From Candidatus Iainarchaeum sp. (lineage in GTDB: Archaea > Iainarchaeota > Iainarchaeia > Iainarchaeales > CSSED10-239): a stretch of DNA of 32,000 nt. Shown here in pieces: positions 16,701 through 23,800 of the stretch (its first letter is position 1; the number at the start of each line of letters is the position of its first letter). The notes beneath the pieces are model-generated. The model had not been told where the DNA came from and made no database searches. It saw nothing but the letters and a program-made list of their open reading frames with translations. Where the stretch lies: positions 22,166-54,165 of the forward strand of contig JAQVTI010000005.1 of the NCBI GenBank assembly GCA_028700115.1, in the 5' to 3' direction. Both the position numbers and the translations under genes were made by a program.

Positions 16701-17266
16701 AAAAAATCAATAAAATCATAATATTTGTTTTCAAAGAAAAAATAAATTTTCACAAATATATTTAAAAAAGCAATATAGAAAGGTGCTTTTTTAATATCTA
16801 CTAAACTTTTTTCTTTTTTTGAATTTTCAGAAACTTTTTGAATTTCTTTTTTTGAAATCTCATATTTATTTTCAGATTCTTTTTTTGTTTCAACTTTTTT
16901 AATAATATCTTTAGACTTATTTTTATCTTTTTCAAATTTTGAACTAACTATTTTATTTTGTTTAATAGCCCCAGAAAGCTCTGCTAAAATTTGTTTTTTT
17001 GAAACTTCTTTTTTGTCTTGTTTAGATTTATCTTTAGAAACATTAATAGTTTTAGAATTATTATCTTCTCTAAACACAAAGCTTTTTGTTTTTATTAATT
17101 TTCTTAAAACTTTATTTGCTACCTTTTTAGAATAACCTTCTTGTATAATTGCAGAAATTACTTCTTTTTTAGTAAATTTATTATTTTGCTTAGATATAAT
17201 TATAAATAAAGAATCTATATCTTTTTTATTTTTCTTACTTCCAAAAATATTTTTTAAAAAACTCAT
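10799..17266 (-). CDS. Giant (2155 aa) type-II-anchored surface protein: Lys-rich cytoplasmic N-terminus, one TM, Ig-like domain array, shared C-terminal module
   Basis: This is a 6.5-kb open ORF. Residues 1-206 are hydrophilic and Lys-rich. A TM segment spans about 207-230 (VIPSFIVFLLILVFIFLLIFGVFSF). CarboxypepD_reg/PEGA-like units follow, e.g. VLTVEVSDTTGAMLNGASVVLQINDENISVSQTDVFGETMF and GKINVNVTNLDNIKISDAVIKIYN..GDYLVSVDKQGY. The protein is colinear with the 2447-aa protein. A GTGAT SD-like motif lies 6 nt upstream of the ATG. The stop is TAA. Confidence 0.95.
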   Translation of the reverse strand: MSFLKNIFGSKKNKKDIDSLFIIISKQNNKFTKKEVISAIIQEGYSKKVANKVLRKLIKTKSFVFREDNNSKTINVSKDKSKQDKKEVSKKQILAELSGAIKQNKIVSSKFEKDKNKSKDIIKKVETKKESENKYEISKKEIQKVSENSKKEKSLVDIKKAPFYIAFLNIFVKIYFFFENKYYDFIDFLEKKNIRLNNVTDKIDKVIPSFIVFLLILVFIFLLIFGVFSFSKSYVLTVEVSDTTGAMLNGASVVLQINDENISVSQTDVFGETMFSEFKAKGIAKLIVSKEYYYTKEVDLELNKKEIREQVVLDIDTELMLLSSQSEEKIRNISFVENNDVVITDTLNVSFYCSNSSKTPIPKSKIISSGYLQVKQVSGCGDLRVSVTSSNYKSINNKLVPENNKVVLTRINNDTGKINVNVTNLDNIKISDAVIKIYNKDISSTPVDESLMVLQKGNSDIYGSYSFDVSPGDYLVSVDKQGYLFTPKKGPFNVLLNQSTSVDFVLFTAQDLANIDCSLDKYSMFCVNGEIDCDNVYLQLYISHLPNGECVIGNIGYLNVNLWDVNNTSQEVFGDISLYYKPKDENVSYEDSGISVSDSSSAHFDIVDLYDYRIIVSDTEDEGYISPDPYNVSGIDQNVDLYLGYSSELNSGDIGVSVKNEQGYSLSNSKVYLFREFEDEYILVNAEPEITNNDGDVNFYNQRANKDYYAYAINSFEELSGESVVKTLDANEFLEFFITMGNSPSVLNLEVNVNDYDINFYNSSHTLVTNYVTEQIDDSNTNYIFYGEDNVVYAKIKSEGYSSYQTDYITLYIGQTIYKSINLTPLGSCEDISLQFVGLFDESGQVEIDAIDFDNFTLDDTYKLKFRYLSCYSQDHDSSVMIKTGNSQLIDNDFIYISDLSSTYDLDFTYGYAYSGELEDWNSDYFLEHYEPDLAYTSQNEFSKFAIIDFSFLDVDELEFSVDILFSDVITDIDDYTFSYKALLDKGNDFDFDPILENYENWTIVPEGYFYSPFYNEYIPFDSDSYIYNVSLETETGFPIYKNGDFYNLFIDNNYNYVLDFVYLKDQSVLEDIYYNSEYTSDNLEFLKYSFNQKEDISIGSENEVIVNDLEYTISDISAYFSYYFTNESLIRANGFLDFLDNSYVKTNVLDLVDINLPIRAYTDSADMIIDITTEDANGSNNFYVGENIASFSVYDNFSEPVSEVEIYYKIGNETYPVIGTTNSLGLLEDIDLNLSLSDLTNGTLTFVFVFDSSYGIENNEIEVTKDISSGIIIDSDLLEFNAEVIEVEDEYIYSIDSPKDYFINKYSEVMANINSIIFNSFSNNFDAEQINLELEAYENKELSSSLRVNAPVYLDLDNVTQSQYLDSVYRHNIILSHNSSSVLLDLDLQSFTNLNYFGKINFLNSNIGKQGYFIDSEDNSENVELISLVYDSLDLEYTFNLENSSQDIILEGINVSSDASIDLDLLNNSLNSLVGSSILDLSFVLPIQTLDNQTTNGVLNLDFDLNVSGEIITISKEINIFILNKDDAIEINQQGITRDIICNSLNDCSTSRYYGFVNNTQSYNFDFDDVLYSEINSDNDLILEFISINLESSDAIELIISGNFEEISSYGIYNESLDFTNKFTFVENSMYSLEKNSSINVYYNIQQEPFDLETGITGNFCIGSGSYTKNGNLFVIGNCLDDDLTGCNSGEEYKPKVIYNWSDLSSSNLSWSNLCTSDVSEYDDSSLYYCDSVQAVYNILSKTFDESLSSGSEFYIYLLRDGASLDLLKDIVNYENIYLPNSFTNKAFFSKEAIEQGKFAINKNSIEVGLYKVKVTGDFEETFIIDLEKIQDVPSYKDNVYYHLPIDGMIGIYDSSVNPNGDNTREGYGSEINYINSDNLEYIPVTKDFSISLIPVETYNHNPVVLNIYNRENGIESSYFETILKSEGNILNLNETYSQDQIYIDLDYMPSIPVPVYVDSKCNLENNLNYVLKENESNNLIRVLENTNFLEWILEENNDMKIKDIAISATSGTYQFHSIDFSNYSLEDLENVSAKTIMYVPASSQINQYNLSLDSLGNDTNTYFYSLDNLEEGSREFILNSKVNFGLEDFTLEGLIQSIGNSDEICISNSVFNTSIRYNDLVDFSEEELNVIRNSLEQVEDCSYNQTGGGMSGE
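10802..12349 (-). other. Shared C-terminal module, copy in the 2155-aa protein (residues ~1640-2155)
   Basis: The module carries KPKVIYNWSDL, YYCDSVQAVYNILSK, FYIYLLRDGASLDLLKDIVNY, VGLYKVKVTGDFEE, NVYYHLPIDGMIGIY..REGYG, EGNILNLNETYS, PSIPVPVYVDS, SAKTIMYVPAS and DEICISNS..EDCS. These appear in the same order as in the other two copies. Confidence 0.75.
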
Positions 17267-17288
17267 AATAAATCACTATTATTAAATA

Positions 17289-19775
17289 TCACCAAGTACT
17301 AAACACAGGAGTAAAAGGCATTCTTATATTAATTAGATTAGAAGCACCTTGTTTTAAAAAATCAAATTCAATAAAATATTGTTGATTATATGCAAAAGGA
17401 TATTCTCCATCTACAAGTAATCTATTTGGATTCCACCAATCAAAATTATATCTAAATTCATTATAATTTAAATCATATTCATAAAGTCCATACAAAGATT
17501 CTTCTTTAGGCACAGAATATGTAAACACTTTGTCATAAGTATAAACAGAATAATTATTTTCTAATCTAGGATTAAATAATTTATAATTACTATTTCCATC
17601 TATATCTGCATAATAAACTTTCAAATTACTAATAGTTCCAATATCTTGACTATAGATTTTAAATTGTTTACTAGTTCTAAAATTTGAAGAAGAATTATCT
17701 ATTAGATATTCTGTAGCAGGTGGACAAAATATTTCACTTCCATCAAAATTATTAAAATTACTATTAAATATACTTGATAATTCATTATAATTTGCAAAAT
17801 TAAAATCTACACTTGTAAAATTATAATCTAATTCTCCAGGTATTTTTACAAAACACCCACTCATATAAATATTTCTAGAATCTAAATTGTTTTCAATATA
17901 ATAATTATCATAATCTAAAAATATTTTTTTAGGAATATAACTATTTGATTTTATATTATTTATATAAACATCCCCGGTATGCCCAGGAAAATTTTCATCA
18001 GGTATTAAATTTTCTATAAACAAACCATTATCTCCTGCAAGACCATAATTAAGATTTATTTTAAATTGCTCAGAAATATTTTCTAAATAATTAATAAATA
18101 AATCAATTGTGTTTCCACCATCTCCACCATTTCCTGCTTCATCATCATTATTAAATCCATTAAAACTATTATCTATATCTTGTATCTTATCTCCACCATC
18201 TCCTGCTTTTCCAGGATATGTGCTAATTTCAAAAATACCTCTATTTGAAATTAAATTAAAATACAAACCATACTCTTGTAAAGAAAAAGATAATTCATTA
18301 AAATAACCATTTGAAGGCAACCCCACATTCCCAGAAAGCCCACCATCCCCTGCTTTTTTAAAATTTAAATGTGACCATTTCTTAGCTTTATCCTTACCTG
18401 TGTTTCCACCTCTACCCCCATCTCCAGAGTATAAATCAAGATAAAAATAAGCATCAGATGCATTAAAAATATTATTTATAAAAATATCAGAAATTCCACC
18501 ATTACCTCCATTTCCACCTTCTCCAAATAAATTATCTTTTCTATGTTTGTTTCTAGTAGCATATTGGTTTCTACCATTTCCACCATCCCCACCATCCCCT
18601 GCAAACAAATCTACATTTAATGTGCCGTAATTTTCAATAGTACTACTTGATAAATATGAAAAACCACCAAGTCCACCATTTCCCCCATCAAAACCTAAAT
18701 CACATTTTGACCAAGTTGAACCAATACTACTTCTACCCATTTCATCTACATTACATCCAACTGCAGCAGTATTAAAAGACATTCCACTTGCACCATTTCC
18801 TGCCTTTAAATTTAAATTTAAATTACCATAATTAAAAATATCTTTAATATCTAAATTTACATCCCCACCATTAGAAGTAATATTAGAATATGTATCATAC
18901 AAATAATCAATACTAATTTTATCCTTAACAAATTTTGTATCTCCTGTTCCATCTTCACAGCTATAAGCAATATCTACAAATCCAGAATTTCCTTCTCTTT
19001 GTAAAAGTTTATCTCCTTCTGTATCTTTTGCAATCATATTTAAATCTAAACTTGAACCATCCATTACTTTTAAACTAATAATATCTAAATATAAATTATA
19101 TGACTCATCTGATAAACCTTTAATATAATTTTTTCCTTCAGTTGTACAAAAATTTCTTTTTGGAAAATCATCAACCATCTTAATATATGAATTTGTAAAT
19201 GTATCTTCTAAATAATTTCCTTCATTATCTAAAACTCCACCAAATTCTAAATTTGCATCTATATTAAAATAAGTATTTAAAAATCCAATATCTGAAATAA
19301 TCCCTGATGGGTAAATTCCAGTTTGAGCAAACTCTCTAACTTTAGAATTATCTGAATTATTAAAAATAAATGTATTTACAGAAAGCTCAATAAAGCTGTT
19401 ATTATTAAAAACAACTTTATTAATTCCATTTGTTATAAAATTAACTTCATTATATTCTTTATAAGATTTAAATTTCAAACCATCTTCATGATTATAATTT
19501 ACAATTACAATATTGTCATTACATTTTTCTGCATTTAATTTTAATCCATAAATTTCTTTATTAAAATACATATCAAAAATACAAGTAGTACTAGTACAAT
19601 CTTGAAGACTAGTATTTGAAACATTTAAATAAGTTGTTTGAGTTAAAGTATTTTCATAAAAATCATCATAATAAGTATATTCTGCACTAACTTTACAAGC
19701 AGAAACATTATAACTTAAAAGAATTATTATTGAAAACAAAACTACTAAAAAAAACTTATTTAATTTCATAAACAT
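17289..19775 (-). CDS. Secreted (possibly lipid-anchored) 828-aa protein with Gly-rich (A/S)GDGGxGGN repeats, possible beta-solenoid
   Basis: The N-terminal signal is MFMKLNKFFLVVLFSIIILLSYNVSAC; the V-S-A-C is weakly lipobox-like. The central region holds nine Gly-rich motifs. The gene starts 13 nt after the upstream stop. The stop is TGA. Confidence 0.9.
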   Translation of the reverse strand: MFMKLNKFFLVVLFSIIILLSYNVSACKVSAEYTYYDDFYENTLTQTTYLNVSNTSLQDCTSTTCIFDMYFNKEIYGLKLNAEKCNDNIVIVNYNHEDGLKFKSYKEYNEVNFITNGINKVVFNNNSFIELSVNTFIFNNSDNSKVREFAQTGIYPSGIISDIGFLNTYFNIDANLEFGGVLDNEGNYLEDTFTNSYIKMVDDFPKRNFCTTEGKNYIKGLSDESYNLYLDIISLKVMDGSSLDLNMIAKDTEGDKLLQREGNSGFVDIAYSCEDGTGDTKFVKDKISIDYLYDTYSNITSNGGDVNLDIKDIFNYGNLNLNLKAGNGASGMSFNTAAVGCNVDEMGRSSIGSTWSKCDLGFDGGNGGLGGFSYLSSSTIENYGTLNVDLFAGDGGDGGNGRNQYATRNKHRKDNLFGEGGNGGNGGISDIFINNIFNASDAYFYLDLYSGDGGRGGNTGKDKAKKWSHLNFKKAGDGGLSGNVGLPSNGYFNELSFSLQEYGLYFNLISNRGIFEISTYPGKAGDGGDKIQDIDNSFNGFNNDDEAGNGGDGGNTIDLFINYLENISEQFKINLNYGLAGDNGLFIENLIPDENFPGHTGDVYINNIKSNSYIPKKIFLDYDNYYIENNLDSRNIYMSGCFVKIPGELDYNFTSVDFNFANYNELSSIFNSNFNNFDGSEIFCPPATEYLIDNSSSNFRTSKQFKIYSQDIGTISNLKVYYADIDGNSNYKLFNPRLENNYSVYTYDKVFTYSVPKEESLYGLYEYDLNYNEFRYNFDWWNPNRLLVDGEYPFAYNQQYFIEFDFLKQGASNLINIRMPFTPVFSTW
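18021..18803 (-). repeat. Protein-level Gly-rich repeat region (residues ~325-585 of the 828-aa protein)
   Basis: Nine motifs occur, each after a short alternating hydrophobic strand. They are LNLKAGNGASG, LGFDGGNGGLGG, VDLFAGDGGDGGNG, LFGEGGNGGNGG, LDLYSGDGGRGGNTG, NFKKAGDGGLSGNVG, YPGKAGDGGDK, DEAGNGGDGGNT and NYGLAGDNG. On the plus strand they appear as ccaccatc/ccaccatt strings. Confidence 0.8.
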
Positions 19776-19788
19776 CTAAATTAATTAA

Positions 19789-20766
19789 TTAATTATACAA
19801 TCTAAACCCAAATCCTAAAGGTATATTATAAACATTTTGATCCATATCTTCTAATTTAAAGCTTGAAGAATATCCAAATAAATTATTATAAGAACCATTT
19901 GAAACTTTATAAAGATCAGAAAAATTAATTGGATTCATATAAATTACAAATTGATTATTACTAGAATTTATTCTTTTAAATAAATAAGAATAATAATTTG
20001 AAGTATAATCATTATATATCTTATAATCATAAACATCTAAAACTTTTAAAGGATTATAAAATGAATCATAAAAATTTCCAAAAACAACAGGAGATTGTCT
20101 TAAAATATAACTACTATTTCCAACAGGGGGATTATTATGATTTGGAACATAACAATCTTCATAACAATTTAAAGAAGTTTCTACAGGTGTTGATTCAGCA
20201 TCACAAGTTCCATTTCCACAGGTATAAAAAATATAATTTGGAATTTTACACATCACAGAAGCTTCATTTAAACAAGAATTGTCTAATGGACAATTTCTAT
20301 AAACATAATAATTTATACAATTTATATTACTATTATTGTTATTAGAACAATCTGCAGAACAAGTCTCATTTTCTCCAAACTCATCTTGACAAGATTCATC
20401 CCCACAATAAAATTCACAATCTAAACAATTTAAATCACAAGAAGTTTCACAATTCTCAAAACAACCTGTCTGTTCTAAGCAAGTTTCTTTTGCAGAATCA
20501 CAAGTATCTATACAAATTTGATCTTCTCTACAATCGAAAACACATTTATCATATGCATCAAAATTAGTAATATCTAAAAAACAATTTTGAAAATCTTCAT
20601 TTTCTAAACAATCATTTTCACAAGACTCATTACAAAAATCTATACAATCTTCTCTATAATTATTATTTGTATAATCACTACAATCAGCTAAAACAAAAGG
20701 CATAAATACAGATATAAAAACAAAAACCAAAACAATTTTTCTTAAATCCATATATTTTTCACACAT
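19789..20766 (-). CDS. Small secreted Cys-rich protein (325 aa)
   Basis: The signal peptide is (MCEKY)MDLRKIVLVFVFISVFMPFVLA; a second ATG at 20749-20751 is an equally plausible start. By my count about 28 Cys fall between residues 29 and 205, spaced 2-10 residues apart. This region includes two CG[DN]x[ST]C..C..DC units. The C-terminal ~120 residues are Cys-free and N/Y/S-rich. The stop is TAA. Confidence 0.9.
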   Translation of the reverse strand: MCEKYMDLRKIVLVFVFISVFMPFVLADCSDYTNNNYREDCIDFCNESCENDCLENEDFQNCFLDITNFDAYDKCVFDCREDQICIDTCDSAKETCLEQTGCFENCETSCDLNCLDCEFYCGDESCQDEFGENETCSADCSNNNNSNINCINYYVYRNCPLDNSCLNEASVMCKIPNYIFYTCGNGTCDAESTPVETSLNCYEDCYVPNHNNPPVGNSSYILRQSPVVFGNFYDSFYNPLKVLDVYDYKIYNDYTSNYYSYLFKRINSSNNQFVIYMNPINFSDLYKVSNGSYNNLFGYSSSFKLEDMDQNVYNIPLGFGFRLYN

Positions 20767-20800
20767 CCTCTATAATATATTTAATAAAAATATATTTAAA

Positions 20801-23800
20801 TCAACTACATTGTAATGAATCAGGATAATTTTGTGTAAACACATTATCTTGACCATAAACTTCTGATGGATTCCACCAAAATTCTGATTTCAAACCATCT
20901 TCTGAATTTGTAACACAAACTTTATTTTCTAAAATATAAGAAAATAATTGTTTTAAAGATTCAATTTCTATAACACCTTCAGGAAGATCATACACATTAA
21001 ATGTAACATCTGCTGAATTTCCTGATTTATCTTTAATTTCAAAAATTCTATTCAACGGTGTATAAACAATTGTTCTTAAATAAATCTTACCAATCTTACT
21101 TGGAGTTTGTGTCCAACTAATTTTGTAAGCATTATTTATTCCATCTTCAGGAAGTGACATATCATCAAATGTATTATTAAATGTAGAATAAATATAATCT
21201 CCAGAGAAATCACATCCATCTCCAACTCCACTCCATCTAAATAAGTTAGAGTTTCCATAAACTACATCTCCTAAAACACTATCAGTTACATCTAAAAGCT
21301 TATAAAATATTGTAAACGTTTCAAGTCTATTAATACCAACAGACATTAAAACAGGAGTTGCATTACTTGGAGAAAATACTAATTGTGTTTGATCTGAATC
21401 ATATTCAATATTTAATAAATTACCTCTTGAGTTTACATTTGAATTTATTTTAAAAAAATCATTTTCTTTTAAAACATTCAAAACCCCAAATGCATTTGAA
21501 GAAGTATCATTTGATGTTAAGATTGGTTCTTCATTTTCTTGAGAAATTAAAATTTCATCTCCAAAATATGAAAGTCCATATCCTTGTCTATTATAACCAT
21601 TTTCTGTATATCCTAAAAATCCATCAAATGGAAGTCTATAAAACACACTATTATTTTCACTTGAAACAGGAACATAATCAAATGTAACAACTGAGTTTAA
21701 ATCAACTTGACTATCTTGTTCAAAATTCCAAAACTCATTATCAAAGTCTAAATCAATTCTCACTCTATATTTTCCAGGAGTATTAATTGAAACTTCATCT
21801 TGATATGAATGCTTTAGAGTAAACTCTAAATTATCTCTATAAACATTAGATAAGATACCATTTGTATAATCTGAGACTACACTTGCTCCTAAAGAATAAG
21901 GCCCACAAGAAAGTCCATCTTCAAAGCTTGCTTGTCCACAATAAGCAAGATCAAAATCATCTTTTAAAAATTGATTATAATTATCTGTAATTAAATATGC
22001 TTCAAATGAAATTAAACTTTTCAAATAGTCAATATCTTCTTGAGTTAATCCAAATCCACCATTTGTCATAACTTGTTCAGGATACATATCTGCATTAAAC
22101 CAATAATCAATAAAATCTATATTATTAATTACTTTTGTAGTTGAAGGAACTAAACAACTTTGACTTGAACTAGCTGAATCATAAATAAACAAATCAACTA
22201 TTGAGTTAAAGTTATTATTAATTGGGTCAACTGATTCTCCAGAATAATTTATTTCTAAAGACATATCTTCTTGTTCAAATAGATTTGAATTATCATAAAC
22301 CATTGTAACAATTAAAGTATCATCTGCATCAATTTGTAAATCATAAATTCCATTTGAAGAAACTTCAATTTCTTGAGGAACTGATGAAGAATAACTATAA
22401 ACATAAACATGATCTGGAAGATTAGATCCAAAACTAAAATCTAAACTTCCTTGTTTAGTTTCAAGTGTTCTATTTTTAATATATGTTTTTATATTAAAAT
22501 TATTTTCATTATCAAAAGCAAAAATTCCTCTTTTGATTCCAACTGAGTTATAATTTATTTCATTTTCTATAATACTAGGCTCAGCTGAATAACCATAAGA
22601 CCCATCAAGTGCACTTGCTAAGATTTGCTCTTCACTTAAAGGACATGAGATTCCATCTTGGCTTTCTAAAAAGTCTTTAATTAATTTTAATCTATTTATA
22701 ATCTCAATTGAAAGTTGTGCACCATCACAATATGTCTCAGAACATCTATTAATTTCTGTGTCTTGCCATGACCAATCTAAACTAACATTAGGAACAATTC
22801 CTTCTCCAGTATACCCTTGTTTGTCAGTATCAGTATAACAACTTGTAAGTTCTAAATCTACATTTGGTTGTTCATTTACATTAAGTTTATGAAACTCAAA
22901 TCTAAACTTACCTATCTTTGAAGAACCATCAAATGCAGGATCAACTATATCAACAGTATCATTATATGTAGGATAAATATTATATTCTTTGAAAATGTTT
23001 TGTGTTGATGAATTATTAAATGTATCTAAGAAACTACTTGTTAAAACAAACTCAATAGGTTTGATTCCTGATTGTTCAGGCCAAACTGTTTGATTTTCTT
23101 TACAAGTTGCAATTGAGATATATTCTAAATCAAGTTTTTGTCTAAACACAGCAGAACCTGTACAAGTTGTCTTAAAATCATATCTACTATTATTATTTGT
23201 AATTTCTAAAGGACTACAATTTGTTGATGTAGCTAAAATTTTACCATAAAGTCCATTATATAAATCATCTTCATAAAGTTCAAAATTACTATTTTTTAAA
23301 CTACAAGCATCTAAACTATTTATTATATCTTCATCTTTTGCTAAATTTCCAAAAGCCTCTACTTTTTGTGATAAATAATTAAAATGTCTAGCTCCTGTAA
23401 TATCAAAGACATCTAAATACATAGGCTCAACATCTTGAGTCTCAATCACTTGTATTTTTGTTGATTCATCTTCATTTAAAATATTTCCAACATCTAATGA
23501 ATAATCCCAAGCATAATGTTTGCTATCTGAAGCAATTGTATTATAAATTAACTCAGCTAAAGGAAAAATACCACTAAGATAATAACCAACACCACCTAAA
23601 TTATTATGTAACTTTGCAAAAAACTCATCATAACCTGAGCTTCCACCAATTGGAAAACCATTTTCTAGATTTCCATTATCACTAAATTTTGCTTTTGTAT
23701 AAATTGTACCATCATTATTTTCAAAATCATCTGACATAAATTTAGAAAATCCATCATGACCTTCTACTTTTTGCTCTGCATAATCCCATGGTGTTTTTAC

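Noticed and set aside
18109-18306. 65-aa plus-strand ORF (MFPPSPPFPASSS...)
   Set aside because: It is antisense to the Gly-rich repeat region of the 828-aa gene. The Pro/Ser richness simply mirrors GGN and GAT codons on the other strand.
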